From: Bacillota bacterium
GTDB lineage: Bacteria; Bacillota; Limnochordia; Darwinibacteriales; DTU012
Length of the DNA stretch: 64,000 nucleotides
Assembly (NCBI GenBank): GCA_012521185.1
Contig: JAAYMV010000014.1
Coordinates: 3,082 to 67,081 of the forward strand
Direction: 5' to 3'
Below the pieces are notes generated by a model. That model saw nothing but the letters and a program-made list of their open reading frames with translations. It had not been told where the DNA came from and did no database searches. Shown one piece after another: positions 1 through 8,974 of this stretch. Numbering within the stretch: the first letter of the stretch is position 1; each line of letters starts with the position of its first letter. Made by a program: the position numbers and the translations under genes.

Positions 1-803
1 TAACTCCTGAGTTAATCGAGAAGTATCAGATCGGTGTTGTGCCTTTAAATGTATGTATCAATGATCAATCCTTTAAAGATGGCATAGATTTACAGCCAGA
101 ACAGCTCTTTGCTATGGTTGATGAGACTAACACCTTGCCAAAAACAGCAGCTCCAGCCATAGTAGATTTTATTAAAGAATTTAAGGATAGTGAAGAATCG
201 CTTTATATTGGCTTGTCATCCAAATTATCGTCGACAATTCAAAACTCCTATTTGGCGCGCGAAGAAGTAGGAGAGGAGAATGTAGAGATAGTTGACAGTC
301 TAAACTTAAGTTGTGGAATAGGAATTCTTGTCCTGAAGGCAGTAGATTTACGGAATCAAGGACTCTCCTTAGCAGAAATAAAAGCAGAAATTGAAAAGTT
401 AGTACCACGAGTAAGAACATCTTTTGTGGTCGAAACTTTACGTTATTTATATCTAGGTGGCCGTTGTTCAGCCTTAGCTAGTATTTTTGGTAGTGTGCTA
501 AAAGTTCGCCCGGTAATTGAGGTAAAACAAGACGGTACCATGGGTGTGAAAGCTAAGGTTAGAGGCAAGCGTTCTAAGGTTGTTGAGTATTTGCTAGAAG
601 ACTTTAAAGCTAATTTAGAACGGATAGATTTAGACCGTGTAATTGTAACTCATGCCGCTTGCCCCGATGACGCTTCATATTTAAAAGAACAAATTGAAGC
701 TATTGCTCAGCCTAAAGAAGTGTTGATTACTACAGCAGGCTGTGTTATTTCTAGTCACTGTGGACCAGAAACAGTCGGTGTGATTTATTTGGAAAAAGAA
801 TAA
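1..803 (+). CDS. DegV-family fatty-acid-binding protein (5' end outside window)
   Basis: The reading frame is open from nt 1 (TPELIEKYQIGVVPLNV...), so the listed Met at nt 39 is internal. The size and the pattern of conserved Gly/Ser stretches (IGLSSKLSSTIQNSY, GRCSALAS) are typical of DegV/EDD-fold proteins. Confidence 0.65.
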   Translation, partial: TPELIEKYQIGVVPLNVCINDQSFKDGIDLQPEQLFAMVDETNTLPKTAAPAIVDFIKEFKDSEESLYIGLSSKLSSTIQNSYLAREEVGEENVEIVDSLNLSCGIGILVLKAVDLRNQGLSLAEIKAEIEKLVPRVRTSFVVETLRYLYLGGRCSALASIFGSVLKVRPVIEVKQDGTMGVKAKVRGKRSKVVEYLLEDFKANLERIDLDRVIVTHAACPDDASYLKEQIEAIAQPKEVLITTAGCVISSHCGPETVGVIYLEKE

Positions 804-810
804 TCTTTAC

Positions 811-2346
811 TTACATAAGTGGTGCAAAAGTTCGCAGGATTGTTGCCAGTAGCTTTTTGTACCACTTTATATTTTGCATATCCGCCAGCTTGATAGCGTG
901 AGATACTGCTAGAGTATCTAAAAAATCTTGTTTCACATGGGCAACGCTCTTGGTGTTAAAGAGCCAAACACCACATTCATAATGTAAATAGAGACTACGA
1001 TAATCTAAATTGATCGTGCCCACCACTGCGTATTTGTCATCCACTACAAAGGTTTTGGCGTGCATAAAACCAGGTGTGTATTCATAGATTTTAACGCCTG
1101 CTTCAAGCATTACTTCATAATGGGCACGAGTTACGGCGTGAACATACCATTTATCAGGTTTATGTGGTGTAATAATTCGAATATCAATACCTTGCTTAGC
1201 TGCAGAACAAATGGCGCTAACCATTTCGCTGTCAATAATTAAATAAGGTGTATTGATATAAACATATTCTTTGGCTTTATTAATTAGGTTTAAATAGACG
1301 GTTTCGCTGACTGGTTCATAATCTAATGGGTTATCACTGTATGGTTGGACATAACCGTCTGATTCGATTTTTTCTTCTAAGTAGCGATCAGATTTAAATT
1401 CTTCATAATCTTCTTCGATACCTTTTAAGTAATCCCACATGGAAAGAAACATGACCGTTAGACTCCAGACTGCATCGCCCTTGATCATTAAGGCGGTGTC
1501 TTTCCAGTGACCAAATCTTTCTTTGGCGTTAATATATTCATCAGCTAGATTAATTCCTCCGACAAAACCAGTATGACCATCAATCACGACAATTTTACGA
1601 TGATCCCGATTGTTGAAAGTAAAAGAAAGGATTGGAAGAAATGGATTAAATATCGCACATTTAATACCCAGCGCTTCTAGCTTTTTATCATAGCGGAAGG
1701 GCAGTTTAGTCATGCAACCGACATCATCATAAATCACGCGGACATCAACACCAGCCTGCGCTTTTTCCACTAAAATATCTAGAATAGAATTCCACATGAT
1801 GCCTTCTTCAATAATAAAATATTCCAAGAAGATATAGTGCTTTGCTTTTTTAAGTTCTTCTAATAACTTAGCAAATTTAGCTTCACCTGTTGGTAAGTAT
1901 TCAGTTGATGAGTTTTTATAAGGCGGACAGTTGGCAAATCGGCTTAGATACCGGGATTGATTGGCTGCCGTTACATCTTCGGCTTCTATTTCAGTAAGAA
2001 TATGATCGTTTGCTTCCAAAGCCTCTGCCATTTTTAAGTCGACAATCTTCATTTTTCGAATGGCTTTTTGGCTTAAGTGACCGCGACCGAACATCAAATA
2101 AAAGAGACCGCCGAAAATAGGGAATAATAAAATAGGAATAATCCAAGCAATTTTGTAAACCGGTTTACTTCTGCTGTTTAAAATAAAAATAACAACAATA
2201 ATGCTTAAAATTGAGCTGGCACTATAAAAATAGACAAATTGGTTTTTAAATTTTAAAACCATGACAATGAAAGCGATTAATTGGAGTGCTAGGGCTGCAC
2301 CTATAAATACAATACGATTAAAAAGAAACTTGAAAATTGATTTCAT
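811..2346 (-). CDS. cls: Cardiolipin synthase (two PLD/HKD domains)
   Basis: 511 aa with two N-terminal TM helices and two HxK(x4)D motifs (HRKIVVIDG and HAKTFVVDD). RBS AAGGAG lies 8 nt upstream of the start. Confidence 0.85.
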   Translation of the reverse strand: MKSIFKFLFNRIVFIGAALALQLIAFIVMVLKFKNQFVYFYSASSILSIIVVIFILNSRSKPVYKIAWIIPILLFPIFGGLFYLMFGRGHLSQKAIRKMKIVDLKMAEALEANDHILTEIEAEDVTAANQSRYLSRFANCPPYKNSSTEYLPTGEAKFAKLLEELKKAKHYIFLEYFIIEEGIMWNSILDILVEKAQAGVDVRVIYDDVGCMTKLPFRYDKKLEALGIKCAIFNPFLPILSFTFNNRDHRKIVVIDGHTGFVGGINLADEYINAKERFGHWKDTALMIKGDAVWSLTVMFLSMWDYLKGIEEDYEEFKSDRYLEEKIESDGYVQPYSDNPLDYEPVSETVYLNLINKAKEYVYINTPYLIIDSEMVSAICSAAKQGIDIRIITPHKPDKWYVHAVTRAHYEVMLEAGVKIYEYTPGFMHAKTFVVDDKYAVVGTINLDYRSLYLHYECGVWLFNTKSVAHVKQDFLDTLAVSHAIKLADMQNIKWYKKLLATILRTFAPLM

Positions 2347-2533
2347 ACACTAGTCTCCTTTTATTAATGAATAGTTGAACGTAGAAAAACTGTAATTATC
2401 TTACTATATTCTAATAAAAACTAGATGAATCCTGCAAAAATCAAATTCTCTTGGCAGGTAAAGTAGCTTGTGATAAAATAATAATGTTGAACTACTAAAC
2501 AGATGGAATTTTTCAAAGGAGAATTAGATTTAA

Positions 2534-3802
2534 ATGAAACTTTTAGCCATTACATTATTTTTAGTTACTTATTTTTTAATGTTAGCTATTCCTAAGCACA
2601 AGACTTTCACGGTACTTGTTTCAGCAAGTATTTTTATTTTGCTTGGGATTATTCCTTTTTCAGATGCGCTAGCAGCAATTGATTGGAATGCGATTATGAT
2701 TATTGGGGGTACTATGGGAGTTGTATTCCTCTTTATTGAGTCGAGAATGCCTGCTTTATTGGGAGATTTGATTATTGAACGAACGCCGAATATTAAGTGG
2801 GCGATTGTCTTTTTAGCTTTGTTTTCAGGTTTTATTTCGGCATTTGTTGATAATGTGGCTACCGTTTTAATGTTAGCGCCAGTGGCGTTAAACATCTGTA
2901 AAAGATTAAATATCTCACCTGTGCCTAGTATCATTGCTATTGCTGTATCTTCGAACTTGCAGGGTGCCGCTACCTTAGTTGGTGATACCACTTCAATTCT
3001 TTTATCCGCCCACACTAAATTCAACTTCATGGATTTCTTTTTCTTTCAGGGGAAATTTAGTATCTTTTGGGTAGTACAAGCAGGAGCCCTTACTTCTGCA
3101 TTGGTCTTACTCTACTTGTTCAGAGACAAAAATCAGCCAATGAAGATCAGTGAGCGCACTGAAGTGAGAGACTATTTTCCCTCCTTTTTATTAGTCGGAG
3201 TGATTGTGCTACTAATTATTGCTTCATTTATTCCAAACCGACCAGAACTTACCAACGGTTTTATTTGTGTAGGCCTGTTCATTGTTGGATTAGTGCGTGA
3301 GCTTATAGTGAAACGAGATTTATCTGTAATAATCGAACCAATAAAAGAAATTGATTATCATACTTTATTACTGCTTACTGGATTATTTATTATTATCGGT
3401 GGTATTACTGAAGCAGGAGTAATTGATGATTTAAGCAGATTCTTGGCTCGTTTAGGTAAGGATAATTTGCTTACAATCTTCACAGTTATTGTCTGGTTTT
3501 CGGTATTTGTGTCGGCCTTTATCGATAACATTCCATATGTAGCTACTATGTTGCCGGTAGTAGGTGGAATTGCTAGTATCCTAAATGTAGAACCGTATTT
3601 ATTATATTTCGGTTTATTAGTAGGTGCTACTTTGGGTGGTAATCTAACTCCGATCGGTGCCTCAGCTAATATTGCAGCATTAGGAATTCTTCGCAAAGAA
3701 GGTTATACTGTTAGCACCAAGGAGTTTATGGCTATTGGTGTACCATTTACTTTGGTTGCTGTTACTACTGGATATTTATTGCTCTGGTTTTTATGGAGAT
3801 AA
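2534..3802 (+). CDS. ArsB/NhaD-superfamily anion permease (CitMHS/ArsB-like membrane transporter)
   Basis: 422 aa of polytopic membrane protein with a two-halves repeat pattern and Gly-rich TM segments. RBS AAAGGAG. Substrate not assignable. Confidence 0.55.
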   Translation: MKLLAITLFLVTYFLMLAIPKHKTFTVLVSASIFILLGIIPFSDALAAIDWNAIMIIGGTMGVVFLFIESRMPALLGDLIIERTPNIKWAIVFLALFSGFISAFVDNVATVLMLAPVALNICKRLNISPVPSIIAIAVSSNLQGAATLVGDTTSILLSAHTKFNFMDFFFFQGKFSIFWVVQAGALTSALVLLYLFRDKNQPMKISERTEVRDYFPSFLLVGVIVLLIIASFIPNRPELTNGFICVGLFIVGLVRELIVKRDLSVIIEPIKEIDYHTLLLLTGLFIIIGGITEAGVIDDLSRFLARLGKDNLLTIFTVIVWFSVFVSAFIDNIPYVATMLPVVGGIASILNVEPYLLYFGLLVGATLGGNLTPIGASANIAALGILRKEGYTVSTKEFMAIGVPFTLVAVTTGYLLLWFLWR

Positions 3803-3811
3803 GCAAAATAA

Positions 3812-3845
3812 CCCTTGGATAAGCAATTGCTATCTGAGGGTTTCT
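3812..3845. terminator. Bidirectional rho-independent terminator between the convergent permease and phosphoesterase genes
   Basis: AACCCTTGGATAAGCAA / TTGCTATCTGAGGGTT forms a long imperfect hairpin followed by a T-rich run. Confidence 0.5.
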
Positions 3846-4301
3846 TTATTCTAAGGTAATGTGTTCAACATGGATTTCGTCGCCCAAGGTTAGAATAGCT
3901 ATAGAAATTGGTAGGTTAAATCTTTTTGGGCCAGCACTGCCAGGATTAATATACCAGACTCCATTTCGTTCTTGTAAATCCGGTTTATGGGAATGCCCAT
4001 AAACTACAATGTCAGTTTCTGGTCCAGGAGAAATTAGCCGGCCAATGTCATGTAGAACTAAGATTGACCAATTATCAATAGTAATACGTTCTGTATCTTT
4101 TAAGTTTCTAGCCCATAATTCTACATCAACGTTGCCCCGAATAGCGACGGTTGGCGCTATTTCTTTCAAGTTATCCAAAACTTGAGCTGAGCCAAGATCA
4201 CCAGCATGGATAATTAAATCACAGTCTTTTAAATGTTCTACAGCTTCTGGTCTTACGAGTCCATGAGTATCAGAAATTAAGCCGATTCTTTTTTTACCCA
4301 T
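3846..4301 (-). CDS. YfcE-type metallophosphoesterase (phosphodiesterase)
   Basis: GLISDTHG, GDLG and GHSHKP metal-binding motifs. The likely start is the internal Met (MGKKRIGLISDTHG) preceded by GGGAGGG, rather than the longer ORF starting at 4322. Confidence 0.75.
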   Translation of the reverse strand: MGKKRIGLISDTHGLVRPEAVEHLKDCDLIIHAGDLGSAQVLDNLKEIAPTVAIRGNVDVELWARNLKDTERITIDNWSILVLHDIGRLISPGPETDIVVYGHSHKPDLQERNGVWYINPGSAGPKRFNLPISIAILTLGDEIHVEHITLE

Positions 4302-4375
4302 GAATATCCCTCCCAAAATCAATGTACGTTTATTTTTCTATTTTTACCCAAATTTTCCTGCGACAATAATTTCTG

Positions 4376-4404
4376 TTGTACCCCTTAGGGGTACATGTTA
4401 TAAT
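4376..4404 (+). promoter_or_regulatory. SigA-type promoter of copA with an embedded perfect 8-3-8 palindrome (candidate CsoR-type operator)
   Basis: -35 TTGTAC (4376-4381), 17-nt spacer, extended -10 TGTTATAAT (TATAAT 4399-4404). The palindrome TGTACCCC-TTA-GGGGTACA (4377-4395) fills the spacer. Confidence 0.6.
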
Positions 4405-4433
4405 AAAATAAATATTAGTCAGGAGGTTATCTA

Positions 4434-6695
4434 ATGTCTAAAGCAACCCAGTCGAAAAAAGTTGACCGAATAGATCTAAAAGTTGCTGGAATGACTTGTG
4501 CAGCTTGTTCTGCGAGGGTAGAACGAGTTTTAAATAGAAAAGATGGTGTGCTAAAGGCTAGCGTAAACTTAGCTACCGAGAAAGCTACCATCGAATATGA
4601 TCGGTCTTTGTTATCATTAGATGATTTTAAAGAAATTATTTCTGCAGCTGGTTATGAAGTAGTTGATGATCCAGTAGATCCAGTTACAGAAGATCAGCTT
4701 AAATATGAAAAAGCTCGTAATAAGATGTTGCTTGCTTGGAGCTTTACGATTCCAATCATGCTCTGGATGATTTGGCATATGTTTGTGGCTGGTGGTCATG
4801 ATTATGGTAAGAACGATGCCCCAGGATTATATGAAATTGGCAGCTTGTTATTGGCTACACCTGTGTTATTCTGGATTGGTTTAGATACATTGAAATCTGG
4901 CTGGAAATCATTAATTAGCGGTAATCCAAATATGGATTCTTTGATTATGTTGGGAACGATGGCAGCCTATTTAACAGGACCAGCTGTATTTTTTGTTCCC
5001 ATTGATAACTATTCTGGTGTATCTGCTATGATTATGGCATTCCACTTAACTGGAAGGTTTATAGAAGCTAAAGCTCGTGGTCGTGCATCGGACGCTATTA
5101 AAAAGCTTTTAGAATTAGGTGCTAAAACAGCGCGAGTATTAAGAGATGGAGAAGAAGTAGAGATACCTATCGAACGGTTGCAAGTTGGCGATATAATGGT
5201 AGTTCGACCTGGAGAGAAGATACCTACTGATGGAAAAATTGTCTGGGGTAGTTCCGCTATTGATGAATCAATGGCTACTGGCGAATCGATGCCTGTAACT
5301 AGAAAAGAAGGAGACCAAGTTATTGGTGCTACCATCAATCAAGAAGGTTTAATCCATATAGAGGCTACCAAAATTGGTAAAGACACTTTCTTGTCTCAAG
5401 TAGTAAAACTAGTAGAAGAATGTCAAGGCTCAAAAGTACCGATTCAAGAGTTTGCAGATAAAATTATTAGTTATTTTGTTCCAGTTGTCATTGGCGTTGC
5501 ACTAACCACATTTTTGCTTTGGACTGTCTTTCCTAATGCTATGATGCAAGTAGCTTTCACTTTGCAGCAATGGCTGCCCTGGGTAAATTTAAACTTAAGT
5601 CCTTTGACATTAGCCTTATATGCTACTATTGCGGTTTTAGTAATAGCTTGTCCTTGTGCCTTAGGCTTGGCGACTCCTACCGCTTTGATGGTTGGCAGTG
5701 GTTTAGGGGCAGAAAATGGAATTTTAATGCGCAGTGGTGAATCGATCCAAGTTTTGAAAGATGTAAAAATGGTCGTCTTTGATAAAACAGGTACCATTAC
5801 TAAGGGTTTACCAGAAGTTACTGATATAGTTGTTTTGGGAAATTTAGCGGAAAATGAAGTACTACGGTTAGCCGCATCTGTTGAAACTGGTTCCGAGCAT
5901 CCTCTAGCTAGGGCATTTGTGGCAAAAGCGCAAGACCAAGATTTGCAGTTAGTAACGCCAACTGATTTTCAATCGATTACTGGTCAGGGTGTAAAAGGCA
6001 TGGTTGGTGATGATTTGGTTTTAGTCGGTTCACGGAGATTAATGGAGAACCATCAAATCCAATTGGTCGGTGAAGAATCTTTGGCTGGTCTAGAAGCTCA
6101 AGGAAAGACCGCCATGTTAGTAGCCGTCAACCAGGAAATAGTGGGAATTGTGGCAGTCGCCGATACAGTAAAAGATGATTCCAAAGCTGCAATTAAGCAG
6201 CTTGCTGCTCTGGGAATTAAAACAGCTATGATTACCGGTGACAATCAAGCTACAGCTCGAGCTATTGCTCAACAGGTAGGAATTGATCATGTCGTGGCAG
6301 AAGTCTTACCTGATGGAAAGGTTAATGAAATTCGTCGATTACAGCAAGAATTAGGAGCAATTGCTTTTGTAGGTGATGGAATTAATGATGCTCCTGCTCT
6401 TACCCAAGCGGATGTAGGCATTGCAATTGGAACAGGTACAGACATTGCCATTGAATCTTCCGATGTTACCTTGGTGAGTGGCAATCTTAGTGGCGTTGTC
6501 AGCGCAGTAAGTTTATCCAAGGCTACTTTCCGGAAGATTCAAGAAAATCTATTCTGGGCCTTTTTCTATAATTTAATTGCTATCCCTTTGGCAGTTTTAG
6601 GCTTATTACATCCGGTAATAGCAGAAATAGCGATGGCGACAAGTTCGATTACGGTAGTTACTAATGCTAATTTATTACGTCGCAGCAAAATTTAA
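4434..6695 (+). CDS. copA: Copper-translocating P1B-type ATPase
   Basis: N-terminal HMA domain with [12 protein letters not shown], the CPC motif ([10 protein letters not shown]), the DKTGT phosphorylation site and [17 protein letters not shown]. Confidence 0.9.
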   Translation: MSKATQSKKVDRIDLKVAGMTCAACSARVERVLNRKDGVLKASVNLATEKATIEYDRSLLSLDDFKEIISAAGYEVVDDPVDPVTEDQLKYEKARNKMLLAWSFTIPIMLWMIWHMFVAGGHDYGKNDAPGLYEIGSLLLATPVLFWIGLDTLKSGWKSLISGNPNMDSLIMLGTMAAYLTGPAVFFVPIDNYSGVSAMIMAFHLTGRFIEAKARGRASDAIKKLLELGAKTARVLRDGEEVEIPIERLQVGDIMVVRPGEKIPTDGKIVWGSSAIDESMATGESMPVTRKEGDQVIGATINQEGLIHIEATKIGKDTFLSQVVKLVEECQGSKVPIQEFADKIISYFVPVVIGVALTTFLLWTVFPNAMMQVAFTLQQWLPWVNLNLSPLTLALYATIAVLVIACPCALGLATPTALMVGSGLGAENGILMRSGESIQVLKDVKMVVFDKTGTITKGLPEVTDIVVLGNLAENEVLRLAASVETGSEHPLARAFVAKAQDQDLQLVTPTDFQSITGQGVKGMVGDDLVLVGSRRLMENHQIQLVGEESLAGLEAQGKTAMLVAVNQEIVGIVAVADTVKDDSKAAIKQLAALGIKTAMITGDNQATARAIAQQVGIDHVVAEVLPDGKVNEIRRLQQELGAIAFVGDGINDAPALTQADVGIAIGTGTDIAIESSDVTLVSGNLSGVVSAVSLSKATFRKIQENLFWAFFYNLIAIPLAVLGLLHPVIAEIAMATSSITVVTNANLLRRSKI

Positions 6696-6777
6696 ACAAT
6701 ATAGTCGAGTGGTCTGGACAAAATGTCAGTTAATGGTAAAGTAGAGGTAAGACTAGCAATAGAAAGTGGGTATTTAG

Positions 6778-7125
6778 ATGAACGTTCTGTTTATTGTGCT
6801 CAATGAATTAGATTATCTCGACGATATTTTAGCCAAGTTTTTAGAAATCGGGGTTAAAGGCGCAACTATTTTAGATAGTCAAGGAATGGCTAGTGCCTTA
6901 TCAGGACAGGGCGATAATCTACCCTTATTCGGTTCTTTAATGAAATTAATGGATGGAGCTAGGCCACATAATAAGACGATTTTTACCTTAATAACGGAAG
7001 AAGAAATATTAAACCAAACAATTGCAGCAGTGCAAGAAATCTTAAGCAGCAGTAAGTCGGGGGGTGCTGGTGTAATGTTTACTTTACCAGTTAAAAGTGT
7101 ATGTTTTTTAAATCAAGAAGTGTAA
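6778..7125 (+). CDS. PII-like small signalling protein, DarA/PstA (DUF970)-like
   Basis: 115 aa. The N-terminus MNVLFIVLNELD...GVKGATIL and the C-terminus GGAGVMFTLPVK resemble the c-di-AMP receptor DarA (…GGATVFVMPVD). Called from memory of that family only. Confidence 0.4.
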   Translation: MNVLFIVLNELDYLDDILAKFLEIGVKGATILDSQGMASALSGQGDNLPLFGSLMKLMDGARPHNKTIFTLITEEEILNQTIAAVQEILSSSKSGGAGVMFTLPVKSVCFLNQEV

Positions 7126-7126
7126 A

Positions 7127-7153
7127 GTGACCAGAATTTTCTGGTCACTTTTT
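7127..7153 (+). terminator. Rho-independent terminator
   Basis: GTGACCAGAA-tttt-CTGGTCAC followed by TTTTT. Confidence 0.75.
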
Positions 7154-7240
7154 ATTAGTGAATAATATCCCAATGCAGGTAATTATTGGTTGACGGAGTA
7201 TTGATATTCATTAACTATTTAGGATATGGAGGGCTGAGCA

Positions 7241-7666
7241 ATGTGGAAGGATAAGTATCGAGTTGGTGTAGAGTTAATCGATCAACAACATCAGGAGCTG
7301 TTTGGCAGAGTATCGGAGTTTTTACGGACTGTGCAATCCGAAGGTGATTGGCAGCAAAAGTTGGCTAAAGTTAAGGAAACCTTGGAGTTTATGCAGGAGT
7401 ATGTGATTGTCCATTTTGAAGCTGAGGAAGCTTTGCAGAGAGAAACAAACTTTCCAGAATATGAAGAACATAAAGCAGCCCATGATGATCTTAAGCAGAC
7501 GGTAGCTGAATACACTAATTTTTTTGAAACTGAAGGGTATGTGGAAGATAAGGTTCAGGAACTTGGCGCTAAGCTAATGACCTGGTTAATTATGCATGTA
7601 GCCGTTGCTGATCAGAAAATTGGCGTGCATTTACTAGAGCAGGAGGGAGCAAATAATGAAGGCTGA
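7241..7666 (+). CDS. Bacteriohemerythrin (hemerythrin-like metal-binding protein)
   Basis: 141 aa. H-x-x-x-E and HF-x-x-EE iron-ligand pattern (IDQQHQELF, HFEAEE, EHKAAHDDL) typical of the hemerythrin family. Confidence 0.8.
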   Translation: MWKDKYRVGVELIDQQHQELFGRVSEFLRTVQSEGDWQQKLAKVKETLEFMQEYVIVHFEAEEALQRETNFPEYEEHKAAHDDLKQTVAEYTNFFETEGYVEDKVQELGAKLMTWLIMHVAVADQKIGVHLLEQEGANNEG

Positions 7667-8120
7667 ATATATCAATCCGTTTTTTAAGGCAACAGTAGAT
7701 GTCTTTCGTATTATGCTGGATTTAGAAGTTGAAAGAGGAAAATTGGGAGTAGCAGAAGACTTAGCTCCTAGCAAGGATGCTAGTGCGGTTATTGGGATTA
7801 CTGGGGATTTATCCGGCTCAATTTTATATAGCTTCCCACAAGATATGGTTTTAGAGATGGTAAGAATCATGTCAGGGATGAGTTTAACTAAAATGGATAG
7901 CTTCGTCGGCTCAGCTCTAGGTGAAGTAGCGAATATTATTAGTGGAAATGCCATGACTAATTTAAGTGCAACTCAATACCTTTGTGATATTGTGCCACCG
8001 CAAGTATTGATTGGTAAAACAGCATCGTTGTCAATGGCCACGGAGAAGGCCCTAGTGTTACCGGTTATTACGTCGATCGGTGATTTTGAAATTACAATTT
8101 CGTTGAGAGAAAATAAATAA
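7656..8120 (+). CDS. cheX: CheX/CheC-like chemotaxis phosphatase
   Basis: 154 aa. The N-terminus INPFFKATVDVFRIMLDLEV and the overall size fit CheX. The start overlaps the hemerythrin stop by 11 nt, indicating translational coupling. Confidence 0.6.
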   Translation: MKAEYINPFFKATVDVFRIMLDLEVERGKLGVAEDLAPSKDASAVIGITGDLSGSILYSFPQDMVLEMVRIMSGMSLTKMDSFVGSALGEVANIISGNAMTNLSATQYLCDIVPPQVLIGKTASLSMATEKALVLPVITSIGDFEITISLRENK

Positions 8121-8138
8121 AGCTAGTTAGTTTGATTC

Positions 8139-8163
8139 GTGCAGCCTTAGCCTTAGGCTGCAC
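8139..8163. terminator. Bidirectional terminator between cheX (+) and ung (-)
   Basis: GTGCAGCC-ttagcctta-GGCTGCAC hairpin flanked by A/T-rich runs. Confidence 0.55.
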
Positions 8164-8168
8164 ATATT

Positions 8169-8849
8169 TTATGGGGACATGTTAGGTGTTTGCCAATCAA
8201 TAACATGAAGACCATTTGCCAAAAGAAATTCATTGGCCTTGGAAAAATGTTTACAGCCAAAAAAGCCTTTATTTGCAGAAAAAGGACTAGGATGAGCAGC
8301 CTGTAGCACGAGATGCTTCGAATTTGAGATTAATCTCGCTTTGCTTTTGGCGTGGTTACCCCAAAGCATAAAAACTACTGGCTGGTGTTTTTGATTAAGC
8401 TTTTTAATAATTTGATCGGTAAATAGCTGCCAGCCTAGATCTTTGTGTGAATTTGGTTGGTTGGCTTTTACTGTCATTGTTGTATTAAGTAATAAAACTC
8501 CTTGCTTTGCCCAAGAGATCAAATAGCCATGATCCGGTATTGAACAATTAAGGTCGGTTTTCAGTTCTTTATAGATGTTTAATAAAGATGGCGGAATCGG
8601 AACCCCTGGTAATACAGAAAAAGCTAATCCATGAGCTTGACCTTGGCCATGGTAAGGATCCTGACCCAGAATCACTACTTTAACATTCTGGTAAGGAGTT
8701 AGTTCTAAGGCTGTAAAGATCTGTTCTTTAGGGGGATAGATTGTTTCTGTTGCGTAGGCAGTGAGTAAATACTGTTTCAGCTGTAAAAAATATTGTTTTT
8801 GGAATTCTTCCCTTAAGATTCGACTCCAGTCGTTGGTAAGATTTATCAT
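8169..8849 (-). CDS. ung: Uracil-DNA glycosylase, family 1
   Basis: GQDPYHGQGQAHGLAFSV water-activating motif and a C-terminal HPSP-loop region. The likely start is MINLTNDW (AAGGAG + 6 nt). The upstream GTG of the longer ORF lies inside that RBS. Confidence 0.9.
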   Translation of the reverse strand: MINLTNDWSRILREEFQKQYFLQLKQYLLTAYATETIYPPKEQIFTALELTPYQNVKVVILGQDPYHGQGQAHGLAFSVLPGVPIPPSLLNIYKELKTDLNCSIPDHGYLISWAKQGVLLLNTTMTVKANQPNSHKDLGWQLFTDQIIKKLNQKHQPVVFMLWGNHAKSKARLISNSKHLVLQAAHPSPFSANKGFFGCKHFSKANEFLLANGLHVIDWQTPNMSP

Positions 8850-8974
8850 ATCTTTCTCCTTTTGCCTCACTTTCCTAACATTAACTCTAACATATTTTTA
8901 ATGTTCTGGTCAATCATCATGATTAAGTGGTATAATAGAAACTAGCGTGAGATATATGCTAAGGAGTGTAGAAA

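Noticed and set aside
181-420. 79-aa antisense ORF inside the DegV gene. Other short ORFs are similarly nested opposite or within confidently called genes: 1060-1242, 2569-3030, 3358-3696, 4617-4799, 5009-5338, 5471-5797, 6287-6520, 7291-7515, 7634-7954, 9022-9279, 12410-12607, 13011-13244, 16199-16453, 19097-19306, 21907-22176, 23338-23556, 25650-25832, 25826-26008, 26784-27068, 27730-27936, 29593-29793, 33093-33371, 35973-36158, 37751-37936, 39511-39699, 39540-39728, 40286-40615, 41173-41355, 42678-42860, 43876-44121, 46163-46357, 46696-46902, 46866-47048, 47134-47505, 49355-49555, 52320-52553, 53720-53911, 57335-57529, 57788-57976, 58095-58316, 58939-59121, 59951-60145 and 60072-60302.
   Set aside because: All lie entirely within longer ORFs that carry clear family motifs, lack ribosome-binding sites, and have the skewed composition typical of antisense frames in AT-rich DNA.
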